IMG/VR virus record: IMGVR_UViG_3300025617_000001
Span: 2,249 to 66,248 of that record
Reading direction: 5' to 3' (one strand)
Source: a virus
DNA length: 64,000 bases
The notes below the pieces were generated by a model. It did not search any database and was not told where the DNA came from. It saw only the letters and a list, made by a program, of their open reading frames with translations. How positions within the stretch are numbered: position 1 is the first letter of the stretch; each line of letters opens with the position of its first letter. Both the position numbers and the translations under genes were made by a program. Positions 25,698 to 36,400 of this stretch are shown in pieces.

Positions 25698-26999
25698 TTA
25701 AAATTGAAACCTACTTCCGATTGTTATAGCCCAGGTCATTGGCAAGTTAGCCGTGCTTTCAACTATATTAAAACCTAAGTTGGCATAAAAGTTTCTTGTT
25801 AAATTGAAACTGTCGCTAGCTCCTAAAACGAACATAGCGTTCTTATTAAATAAAAAACTATTGTCTACTGTATTAAACATTACCGGGTTAATAGCTACTG
25901 CTACCATCGGCGAGATTGTGTGTCGGTTAAAGCTGCAAGGTTTCGTAGCAAAACCTATAGCTGTAGGTATAAATGAATAATCTTTACCAGATTTCATAAC
26001 CATAAAATTCGTTGCCCAACCGACTATTTTATTTTTAGGCAACAAATAAACTTTACTAGAACCTAAAGCTATATTGAACATACCAAACGAATACATTGCG
26101 TTTATTGATGTAGTAGATATGTTTTTAACATTTCCACCTGTAAACACGTTTTTATTTGGCCTGTACAATACTACTGATTGTTCCTTGTTAGTGTATGATT
26201 TACCTAGATTTATATTAAACTGCTGTAAGTTGTCCCATATCATGGCGTTTAAAGAATAACTTGTAACACCTGATAAACTAGCCTGTGATAAACCTACGTT
26301 TGTCACAAAACTTACAGTTCCATCTAAGGCAGACATAGTAGCTACATTTGCAGCTACAATTACTGGGTTTGTTTTTTGTTTTGATTTGGAGTCTTCTTCT
26401 TCAGACTCTTCTCCATCGTCTGAATCTTTTCCATCGTCTTCGCTCTCTCCTTCTGAGCTGTCCTCTTCGCTGGTCTCTTCTGAGCTACTTTCTTCTGAGC
26501 TGGCTTCATCTGTTGAGTCACTGTTCCCCTCTTCACTCGAGCTTGTTTCACTGCTTGAGTCATTTCCTGAATCGCTTCCTCCGGTTTGATCGGTTGTTGA
26601 GTCTGTTGAGCTTGCGCTAGATTCAGTACTACTTGTTTGATTTTGGCTAGTACCTCCTTGAGGTGGCGGACTTGTTGAACTAGTCGCTGTAGCCGTGGCA
26701 TTTTGTGTAGCATTTGATGTTGTTGTTTGTGTTGCTGTTGTTGTTGCTTGATTTGTAGAGCATGGAGATATCGTTGCCCACCACGCATAAGTTTCTTCTA
26801 ACCAAGCTTGTAATTTACCAGATCGTACGTCGTTAATAGTAAACGACTCTGATCTATTATAAAAAGCGACAACCGTAGAACCTTCAAACGGTATAACTAT
26901 AGTTTTTATTTCATTAGTACATCTATCTGTAAATGTCTGCACAAATGCTTGTGAGTAGATAGACGATGAAAATAATAAAAATAGCCTCAACCATTTCAT
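25698..26999 (-). CDS. Secreted/outer-membrane protein: small N-domain, S/T/E/D linker, predicted beta-barrel
   Basis: Sec signal; about 110-aa low-complexity linker; alternating beta strands; ends WAITIGSRFQF (terminal Phe). Confidence 0.65.
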   Translation of the reverse strand: MKWLRLFLLFSSSIYSQAFVQTFTDRCTNEIKTIVIPFEGSTVVAFYNRSESFTINDVRSGKLQAWLEETYAWWATISPCSTNQATTTATQTTTSNATQNATATATSSTSPPPQGGTSQNQTSSTESSASSTDSTTDQTGGSDSGNDSSSETSSSEEGNSDSTDEASSEESSSEETSEEDSSEGESEDDGKDSDDGEESEEEDSKSKQKTNPVIVAANVATMSALDGTVSFVTNVGLSQASLSGVTSYSLNAMIWDNLQQFNINLGKSYTNKEQSVVLYRPNKNVFTGGNVKNISTTSINAMYSFGMFNIALGSSKVYLLPKNKIVGWATNFMVMKSGKDYSFIPTAIGFATKPCSFNRHTISPMVAVAINPVMFNTVDNSFLFNKNAMFVLGASDSFNLTRNFYANLGFNIVESTANLPMTWAITIGSRFQF

Positions 27000-27724
27000 T
27001 AGTGATCAAATACGCGCTTACGAATCATGCGTTTAACAATCTTCGCAACTGCAGTTTCTAATGCTTTTTTTGTCGATGTACCTATCGAAGACTGATTAAA
27101 CTTTACTTCGTCTAAATTAGCATCGTTAAGTAGTGTTAGTTCTCTAATAGTTGTAGCTTTACCAAGTCCTGAACCTGTCATATAAAGTCCAGTCTCAGCA
27201 TCTACCATTTTGACTTGCATACCAAGTCTTGTTACTAATGTATTTTTTACGCCATCTTTAAGATTAAGCGTTTCGTCTTCAGATATAGAAAAATCATAAA
27301 CTTCTATATAACAAAAATATTTAGCAAGCATAATGTTGCCTACAATATTAATCTCGTTAGCAGATAATCCTCGCTGACTAGCTTTATATTGCGCTACCAT
27401 TCTATCTTTAATCTCATCTTTAGTTTCAACAAACTCAAATCTGAATGTTTCGTCTAAAAATGCTGTAGTAATATTTGTAAGACCAAGACCAACTCTGTAG
27501 TCTCCAAGCTCTGGATATTGATCTAAAACTTCTTGTGATACGCCAATACTTAAAATAGCCACGGTTACTGGATCCCCGTTGTATTCTGGGATGCTCCAGA
27601 TTGATTCTCTGGCCTCGAAATCAGCTACGTAATCTTCTGTTACAGTTTTACCTAAAACCTGTCCATAGAGAGCTCCTATTGAGCCGAAAAATAATAACAG
27701 TAATCTACCAATCAAATCCTTCAT
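26999..27724 (-). CDS. CsgG/HfaB-family protein
   Basis: Signal peptide; VAIL..G; LTNITTAFLDETFRFEFVE; LGMQVKMVDAETG...GSG; likely start 27724. Confidence 0.7.
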   Translation of the reverse strand: MKDLIGRLLLLFFGSIGALYGQVLGKTVTEDYVADFEARESIWSIPEYNGDPVTVAILSIGVSQEVLDQYPELGDYRVGLGLTNITTAFLDETFRFEFVETKDEIKDRMVAQYKASQRGLSANEINIVGNIMLAKYFCYIEVYDFSISEDETLNLKDGVKNTLVTRLGMQVKMVDAETGLYMTGSGLGKATTIRELTLLNDANLDEVKFNQSSIGTSTKKALETAVAKIVKRMIRKRVFDH

Positions 27725-27989
27725 CTTTGCGTTTTTGAGTTGCTGTCTTCTCTTTCTTTGGCTTAACAATAACTGTTTTAACTACAGTGTCTTTCTTTTG
27801 CTCAGGCATGTTGATAACAATCTCTTGAGGCTTAGCTGGTTCAGCCGCGACCTCTTCAGTTTTTTCTTCAAGACCAACCATAACTTTTAGTTCGTCTAAG
27901 AAAACAGTTCCAGCAGTAGTTAGCGCAACACCAACTCCTGCTATAATTTTATTTTTTAATTGCCCAATAAAGCTTTGATCTTCACTCAT
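27705..27989 (-). CDS. Small single-TM membrane protein
   Basis: IIAGVGVALTTAGTVF; charged tail. Confidence 0.65.
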   Translation of the reverse strand: MSEDQSFIGQLKNKIIAGVGVALTTAGTVFLDELKVMVGLEEKTEEVAAEPAKPQEIVINMPEQKKDTVVKTVIVKPKKEKTATQKRKDEGFDW

Positions 27990-28335
27990 TTGTAAAATAT
28001 TCTTTTCCTATTAATAAATCACCGTCGTACAAAGCAACGGTATATGAACTAGGAGGCAAAGCGTTTACATAAACATTTAGTATATTATCACCTTTGTCTC
28101 CTTTTAAAGTTTCTTGACTAACAATATTATTTGTAAAGTCTAGTATTTTAACTCTATATTGATCTGTTCTAGGTAACTTTATATTTACCTGCACTTTGTC
28201 TGATACAATATAATTTTCTAGTTTAATACCTGATACCTCTGGTATTTCTAGATTTTCAGGAACATAAGTAAAAGTGGTAATATCTTTCTGGCAAGAGAAA
28301 AATAGTATCACTAGTAATCCAATAAGTTTCTTCAT
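27982..28335 (-). CDS. Lipoprotein with T9SS C-terminal-domain-like Ig fold
   Basis: Lipobox LFFSC; YRVKILDFTNNIV...GDNILNVYVNALPPSSYTVAL. Confidence 0.6.
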   Translation of the reverse strand: MKKLIGLLVILFFSCQKDITTFTYVPENLEIPEVSGIKLENYIVSDKVQVNIKLPRTDQYRVKILDFTNNIVSQETLKGDKGDNILNVYVNALPPSSYTVALYDGDLLIGKEYFTNE

Positions 28336-29870
28336 TATTTAAGGTTTAGGTTTATTTTCTGACCTTCTGTCGTAACTGCTTCTTGTCTCTTAAAATATAT
28401 AAGACCTGCAGCGTTTGTAACCTGTACTTTTGGATTAAATACTATTTTATATGATTGACCAGTTTTAACTTGTAGTTGAGCGCTAGGATCAATACTACCG
28501 AAGTATACTGCTTTTTCTTTTTTAGTACTATAGTTAGTTATATTATCACCTGTATTGAAGATAATTTTATCAAACTCTAATTTGGTATCATCATAGTTAA
28601 CAATAAATTCAAGTGCTGATAAATCAGAACGATCTAAGTTTACAGTGAACTCTATTTTACCATCAATTAATTCTGTAGTTAAATCTAGATCGTGATTTAC
28701 TATTTCTTGTTTTGCTAATGAAAACGTGGCAGCAGCAACTTGTTCTTCATAATACGAGTGTGAAAAGTCTGTGTCACCAGCTAAGTAATGATATATATTA
28801 AATGACTTGTTTGTTTCTGTAGGCTTAAAAGGAACATCCGTAGTACTTATGTTGTAAGCCAAACTATCAGTAGTTATATAAGTATTGTCTAGTGGTTCCC
28901 CAACAACATGCATTAACAAAGCGTAGGAGTCGTCAAAATCAATAACACCGTTACCTGTGACGTCAAATAATACTTTTTTAATATCATCTACTTGATTGCT
29001 GTTAGAGGCTGTAGGATAGTCTCCATTATTAATAGCTTCCAAGAATAACATGTATGCATCAGTAATACTAACAACGTCACCTAACCAATCAGTGTTTTGA
29101 TCGTCTACATAAGCGTATACTTGATACTCTTCGTCATTTTGTAATTCAGTAATAACAGCTTCACCATTGATATCAAAACTTCCAGAAGTTATATAAATAG
29201 TATCTTGCTGTATGCTATACATGTAATCGCTTTTAGCTTCAGCTTGTGTCTGTAATTTAAGTACAACGTCACCAGCTCCACCACCTTTAATATCGTTCAA
29301 GTTTATAGTATGAGTCATTGCTTGAATACTATTGCTTGTTGATGTAGAGTTATCGTTAGATCTAGCCCAACTTAAATTAGATACGTTTGTATAATCAGTA
29401 TAATTAGTGTTAGCTTTATCTTTTACTAAAAATCTTATAGTTAAAAATGTATCTGCATGAGGTATAGCCGCGCTACCTTGTAATGTTATACGTTCTACGG
29501 ACCAATCGGATGATCCACTGTAGGAACTAGTACCCGTTTGTCCAGCTCCGCCTGCCCACCAATTAAATTGAGCTGTAAGATCGCTTGTTGATTTGTCTGG
29601 ATCTGGATTAAACTTATATCCGTCCCAATGGTTTAATGAAGCTTGAGCGTTAGTGTTAAAAGTATGATCTATTTTTTGTAAAAGCTTGTTGTTGTATTGA
29701 TAATCAAACTGTAAAAAGTTAAACGTAGTCTGATTGTTATCAATAGTATTAAACTTAATAGATAATGTATCACCTACAAGTATAGGCGTGGCATTTGTAA
29801 AGCTGTGATCAAGATACATGTCTTGAGCAAAACCTATAAAAGGCAGTAACATTAACAATAGTTTTTTCAT
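28335..29870 (-). CDS. Secreted protein with cohesin-like domains and a dockerin/EF-hand-like motif
   Basis: Signal peptide; QFDYQYNNKLL and LSALEFIVNYDDTKLEF (cohesin-like); VSITDAYML and DVTGNGVIDFDDSYALL (dockerin-like). Confidence 0.6.
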   Translation of the reverse strand: MKKLLLMLLPFIGFAQDMYLDHSFTNATPILVGDTLSIKFNTIDNNQTTFNFLQFDYQYNNKLLQKIDHTFNTNAQASLNHWDGYKFNPDPDKSTSDLTAQFNWWAGGAGQTGTSSYSGSSDWSVERITLQGSAAIPHADTFLTIRFLVKDKANTNYTDYTNVSNLSWARSNDNSTSTSNSIQAMTHTINLNDIKGGGAGDVVLKLQTQAEAKSDYMYSIQQDTIYITSGSFDINGEAVITELQNDEEYQVYAYVDDQNTDWLGDVVSITDAYMLFLEAINNGDYPTASNSNQVDDIKKVLFDVTGNGVIDFDDSYALLMHVVGEPLDNTYITTDSLAYNISTTDVPFKPTETNKSFNIYHYLAGDTDFSHSYYEEQVAAATFSLAKQEIVNHDLDLTTELIDGKIEFTVNLDRSDLSALEFIVNYDDTKLEFDKIIFNTGDNITNYSTKKEKAVYFGSIDPSAQLQVKTGQSYKIVFNPKVQVTNAAGLIYFKRQEAVTTEGQKINLNLK

Positions 29871-30319
29871 AGTTTTAGTTTACGGATTATTTGTTCACAA
29901 AGTTTTTTAAGAGCAACTGATACGCTTTGTTGGTTAAACGTACCTCCATTATTTAATACTATTGTAGATGTTATTATATTATCTGCAGTGGCTGATACTT
30001 TTTTCTTTTTACCGTTGAAACTAGCCTCTGCAATAATTTCAACTTGATTATTTGTTTTTGTAGCAAAACCTACAGTTGTAGATTTACGTACTACATCAAA
30101 ATATAATAAGTCGACCGTTAAGATCGACTCACTGTTTTCGTATAAATCATATCCTTGATCTTGAACTAACTCATCTAAAATGTTTTTTACACCAAACGAT
30201 ATATCTCTATTACCTGCGAGATCACCATAAACTATTTTATTCTTAACTTCTGTGTTTATGGTTTGTGCGCTAACTAAAAAAGTAAATAAAACATTACTTA
30301 TTACGATTATGAATCTCAT
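29867..30319 (-). CDS. Secreted protein, possibly a short CsgG/LptE-like fold
   Basis: Signal peptide; C-terminal FNQQSVSVALKK parallels FNQSSIGTSTKK in the CsgG-like gene. Confidence 0.55.
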   Translation of the reverse strand: MRFIIVISNVLFTFLVSAQTINTEVKNKIVYGDLAGNRDISFGVKNILDELVQDQGYDLYENSESILTVDLLYFDVVRKSTTVGFATKTNNQVEIIAEASFNGKKKKVSATADNIITSTIVLNNGGTFNQQSVSVALKKLCEQIIRKLKL

Positions 30320-30449
30320 GCCATTTGGTTAAAGTATACCCAATAGAAACTAGTAATAGAGTTATTTTTAGAAACATCTCTATTTGAGTCATTGTTATCG
30401 CCATTGTAGCTATATTAATAAAGTATAGTTTAATATCTTGAATATCCAT
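30294..30449 (-). CDS. Small hydrophobic protein, holin candidate, 51 aa (not in track)
   Basis: MDIQDIKLYFINIATMAITMTQIEMFLKITLLLVSIGYTLTKWHEIHNRNK. Confidence 0.6.
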   Translation of the reverse strand: MDIQDIKLYFINIATMAITMTQIEMFLKITLLLVSIGYTLTKWHEIHNRNK

Positions 30450-30450
30450 T

Positions 30451-33400
30451 TTACTTGTTTTTCATGTACTTTTTGTACTCGTCTAGAGACATGTTATTCA
30501 AATTACTTGTTTTTTTAGATTTTTTAACTTTCTTTTTATCTCTTGACTCAACACCCACGTTCCAAGTATTCCAACCTAGCACTAAAGCTATTTTAGCCCA
30601 AGTCTCCGTTTCAGCATCTGAAGCCGCTTTTAAATTTCTAACTTTAGTAAGCGCTCTATCAAGAGGTACGTTTAATGTAAATGCTGAAGCTGATCCAACA
30701 ATATCTAAAGCAGGATTATCAATAGTAACACCCATTTCAGCCATGCGATCTTTGTTGTATCTGTAGTTTTGGATAGAACTGTACATTTGTCTACCTTTAA
30801 TACCGATAGCAGGAGATATGTTCATGGCTTCAATTAATGTGTAAGCGTGATCCGCGCGTCCCCTACCTTCTTCTTGTTTAGCTTCTTGTTCAGCAAACTT
30901 GAGTATAACGTTTTTAGCGGTAGCAAGAACTCCACCGTAAAGACCGGTACCTCTAACAACTGTATCAACTACGTTATTAATCAGTCTTAGTTTTTTCTTT
31001 TCGTTATCTTCTTTGTTTTCTTCTTCATCATCTTCGAACAACATGCCAAACATTGCTTGCTGCATGGCTGAGAATACGATGTTCTGAACTACCATATAAT
31101 AAGCTATCTTGCTAATATTTGTTTTCATATCACCGCGTCCAGCAGCTAAGTCTTTTGCAGCCTTAACTATAATTCTAGTGTACTGCATTGGTGTATTCTG
31201 GAAGGCAAGGAATACACGACCAATAACATCTGTTTGTTGTTTAGCAAGACGATCAGGTCTAGCAGACTGTTGACTTTCTTCAGATATTTCTTGAAAGTCT
31301 AAGAAAGCTTGTTGTTCTGCTGCTTGTTGATTCATGCCTTGAGACAGATATGTATTTATTCTGTTTCTAAGGAATGGCGCGCCACCTGTTGCAATAGCAA
31401 AACTATCACCGATCTGTGTAAAACTAAAACCAAGTTGCAGTAATCTGGCGTGCATACCTTTTACACCACCTTTTTTAAGAGCTTCTGCTAAATCAGCAGC
31501 GTTAACGTCTGTTTTAAGACCTCCACGTCTTTCTTTTAAATAATCAGAGTTGAATATAAACGCCCAATCTTGAGTATACTGTTTTATATTAGCTACCGCA
31601 GCCGCGGCTTTAATAGGATTATTGTCGCTCCAATTTATAAAGTTAACTAGAGATATTTGCTGTAGTATTGCGGATCTAGTATTAAAGAACATAGTTACAG
31701 CCACAGACCCTCTGATCCAGTTTAAAAACTGATTCATTTGCTTGTTAGTACCTTCAGGTCTTGCCGTGCCGTTTTCCATTCGGTAATGCATATCTTCAAG
31801 AGCTGATCTAAAATCAGGACCGTAAGTGGCCTCAATTTTATTCATATTATTTTCTGAAAAGATCGTGTTTTTATTGTCGATCCACTCTTGTAGCATAGCT
31901 TTTCGAGAAACTTTCTCTACAGCTTTCACCATGTCAGACTTTATAGAATCTATCTGCCAGTTTTTAGCATCAGGCTCCACCCAAAATTCCTCAATACCTA
32001 ATATGCTTGATAATTCTTTACCATAAGCTTCTATATCAGGATTATTTTTTACAATTTTAACTAGCGCCGACTGAGTATCTTCATTTAAACCGGAAGGGTT
32101 AAATCCAGCTTTACCAAAAAGCCAAACTCTTAAAGCTTGCTCAAATGTAAAACCACCAAAACCTGTATCTTGTTTTAGTTTTTTAACAACATCAGGGTTA
32201 GCTTTATTTATCGCTTTATATCTTTTAGTTACAAGTTGTCTTTTTGCATTTAGTGCTTGATAAGCTTTAGCAAAAGGTTTTATAAGCTTATTTTCAAAAA
32301 ACTTATATTGCTCTTCTCCTAGTTTTCCTTTGTCTAAAAATCTATAAATTAAACCTACATAATCGTCTGCAGATGGAGCTAATATATCTCTTCTTTTAGC
32401 TCTAGTAGCAGCTAAGTTTTTAGCTGTAGCCCTGTCAAGTATTTGACCGGCAGTATATCTTTTATCTACATTAGCAAGTATAGCTGACATTCTAGACTCG
32501 TCGTTAGAAATAGTCTCGTTGTTTTCTATACTATATAGCTTATTAATTTTATCTACTTTTACAGCAAAGTCACTAGTCTTTGTTGTTTTGTCAGCTTGTC
32601 TAGCTACCCTTAAAGGTATAATTTGAGCTCTAGACTGTACTTGTTCTAATCTTTGGTCAGAAAGTATAGACGCTGCTCTTTTCACGTTTGTTTGTAATGT
32701 AGGATCTAAGTGCTCTAGTCTGTATTTTTTTCTTCTTCCAGATAAAGTTTTAGTACCATCAACTACAGAATCGTCAACTATTTCTGCTAACGCTTTTAAA
32801 CCTGTGTTTATATTAGAATCAAAAGCTGCTAACTGTAAAGCGAAAACTATACGATCAGTTAACTCTTCTTTTGTTTCAGCAGCATTAATAAAATCGTGTA
32901 TGTAAGATTCAGTAATACCAAACAATCCTCTTCTTACAGCGTTGTTTTTTCTATAGCTTTCTAATATCTTTAATCTTTCTGTTTCAGTCTTAGCTTTGTT
33001 TATCTTTCTTGTCATGTCAGAAAGAGGAACGTTATTTATTTGCTTTTTACCATGTTTTTCAATAAAAGCATTAACAAGTTCTTGTGTTCTTTCAGAAATA
33101 TTAGTGTTCGTAGATATATTTCTATTTATTTCACCTGCTTTTTTAATTATGTTTTCTAACTCTTTTTTATCAATTAAAATATTTCCTTCTTCGTCAATTA
33201 TACTTTTAACGTTATCAGGATCAATTAAAGTTTCTAGTTTTATACCATAAGCGTTGGTCCTGTAGCTATATCCCGATAAAGATTTAGTCAAACTACTGTA
33301 TACTTTAAAAATTGCAGGAAGACCATTTAAGAACTTAAACTGCATTTTTTCTAGCTCTTTTATTTTTTCAGCTTCAAATTTCTGAACACCTTTTCCAGTA

Positions 33401-36400
33401 GATGAAGTTCTATACTTGTCTAGTTTAGAAACAATATCTTCTACGGTAAGATCTCTATCCTCAAGAGCTTCTTGTATAACTGGGTTTGTTAAAATAACCG
33501 TTAACGCAGATCTAAAGTCTTTTTCATGCTTAGCGTCAACTACAATTTCGTCTATAGTTGTTGCTATAGAAAACATTTTATCAGACTTACCTGCGGCAAT
33601 GTTTTGTATGATATTTGGATTAACGCCTTGATCAATTAAATACTTTCTAACTTCAGCGTTTGTGATAAGCTTACCTAAAAGATTTAGCGTAGCTTTTACG
33701 GTTTGAGATTCTGGTGATCTTCCTGAAACTCCAGGTTTAAAATCACCGTTAGCATCTAAACCAATAGCTTCGTTAAACTCTTCTTTTGTTATGTTATTTA
33801 ACCTTTTAAATTCCCAAAGACCTTGTGCTTCTGTTCTTCTTACTGTGTCCTTTTCATAAAAAGCCTTAAGTATATTCTTAGGCATACCTGTAGACGTGCC
33901 TATCAATGCTTCTGACGCAGCTTCTGTTATTGCACCTTCTGGTAATATATTTATTATTGTAGAAGACTTCTCTGACAATAATTTAGCAGCTGACTTATAT
34001 TCACCGCTACTAAGATTTTTCTTAGGATCAGTTATTTTTGCAGCGGGCACACCAAAAGTGTCACTTAATTGTTCTGCTACCAAGTTAGGAACTTTTTTAA
34101 ACACAAGTGCTTCAACCTCAATATTTGGTATTTCTTGCTGTATAGCCTCAGTAGCTCCTTCAACATCATCAAGTATAGATACGGGATCAATAAGACTAAG
34201 ACCTCTTTGCATTTCAATCTCCATCTCATCCATCGCATCGATATCAAACTCTTCGGTGATAGCTTCTTCAGGCGCTTGTCTTACTTCGTCAATGTCAGTA
34301 GCAATACCCTCTTCTACACTAGCAATACCTAATCTACTAGCTAAGTTATTTGCTCTAAGATTAAGCCTGTTATTAACGAATTTAGTTAAAGATTGCTTGT
34401 CAGCATCATACTCGTTTTGAACCATAGCCGCGGCTTCTGATATCAAAGCGTCTTTATAATCAGATCTGCTAACTAACAATTTGTTATCAGCAGGTATAGG
34501 ATCATAAAGTCTTTTAGTGATACTTTCAACAGTGCCACCAATCATATTACCAAACTTAGTATTTTGTAGATTAAAGTCCATCAAAGGTTGGTCTTTAATA
34601 TCTACAGCTAGAGTTCTATTTACAAAGTCTCTAGGGTTTTTATATTTAGCAAATTCAGTGTTTATGTCTATAGACGCAAATGTACCTTGTATACCTGCTC
34701 CAGTAGCGGCTAGCTTCTGTGCTCTTTTGCTGAGTTTACCGTCTGTGTCAAATTCTTTTCTGTAGCTTTTTAAAAACTCAAAAACATCTTTACCAGATTT
34801 AAATTCTGCTTTTTCAAAACCAAACGTAGCAAATACTTTTTCAAGCATGCGTTTGATTTTATCCATTACTGTATCTGTAGCTTTTATTTGACCTTTAGCC
34901 ATAGCATCACTAGTTAAAGTAATTATTTCTTCTAACTGCGCAGGATTACCATCGTATGCTTCTAGTCTTTTTTGTATATTTTCAAATCCATCTAGTCCTT
35001 CAACTATAGACTTGAATTCATTTACAATTTGCTCTGATTTAGTTGGATCAATAAATGTAGATCTTAATATATTGTGTAACAATTCGTGAGAACCGACATT
35101 GTATTGTTTTGTTTTAGCAGCACCTTCTAAGTTTATTACTAAAGTACCATCATCTTTTCTGAAACCACCTACTTCGCCTTGCTCTTGTTTAGCGTCAGGA
35201 TATTGAGAATAAAACTCTTCCGATGTTTCTATTGTTTCTACATTAGCGTAGTTTTTAGCAATGTCAACTTCGCTAAGAACAGCTGTTTTAGCTTCTGTTA
35301 ATTGTTTTTCTGCAGATACTTCTTCTTCGGTTACTTTGTATTTAGAATATAGCTCACCGAGTCTTTCGTCTATTTCAGCTATTCTTTTTTTACCTATAAA
35401 CGTTTTATTGTCTAGTTTAGATTTTTCATTTTCTAGCTCAACGAACTCGTTAGCGTCGGTTTCATCTTGTATAAAGTTTTCTATAGCTTTTTTAGATCTA
35501 GCTTTTGTTATTTTATCTTGACCTTTTTCGTAAAGAACTTTATCGTCTTTTATTTTTATCCTAGCAGTAGCAATATTTTCGCCATTGTCAGAGTCAATAA
35601 ACTCTTCCATTTGCTGCTTAGTAATTTCTTCGCCATTTAATATATATCTAGGTTTTGTAGTTGCTGCTTTAACAAACGCTAAAGGAGCACCAGTCATACC
35701 ACCTACAGCTTCTAAACCAATTTCCGCAGCATCCATCTCTTGACCAGCTACTGCTCTACCAGCCGCTTCACCGACACCACCAACAGCGCCTTCAACTGCA
35801 AACGCTGTTGCTGTTTCAGCTATATTAGTAAGTTTAGCACCTGCTTTTACTGTTTTAGCTCCAGCGGTTACAGCTTTTATTGCGCCACCAGTTACCGCAG
35901 TACCTAAACCTTCAATAACACCTATAGTAGCACCTCTACCAATAGACCTGTTTTTTATGGATCTAAATTTTTCTTCGTCTTCTAGTAAAGCTTTTACAGT
36001 TTCTTTATCAAAGTCTTTACCTTCTTTTTGAAGTTCTTCTTGTAATAATTCTGCAAACGTTAAACCAGATTCCATAGCTCCAGAAACACCACCTACTAGA
36101 CCGGCTATACCACCAGGAACAGCACCAACACCACCAGCAGCAGCAGTAGCAGCACCACCAGCAGTAGCTCCAGTTACTAAACCTGCTAAACCAGCTTGAG
36201 CAACCTCATCTGCATTTAAAAAAGAACCTGCCATAGTGGCCATACTAGAAGCCATTACTTGAGGCACTACTTGGAAACGTGTTTTAACCATGCCTTTTAA
36301 AAAGCCAAAAACACCTCCACCCTCTTCGTCGTATATCTTTTGAAACTCCATCATTTCATCAGACATAGCAGCTTCTTGAGAATACCGGTTTGCGTCTATA

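Noticed and set aside
26348-26788. Alternative-frame ORFs (142, 90, 67 aa)
   Set aside because: Shadows of the low-complexity linker of the 433-aa gene
34225-34260. EFDID in the giant protein as a crAss-type RNA polymerase DFDID motif
   Set aside because: Lacks the first Asp and lies in an acidic low-complexity linker with no double-psi barrel context
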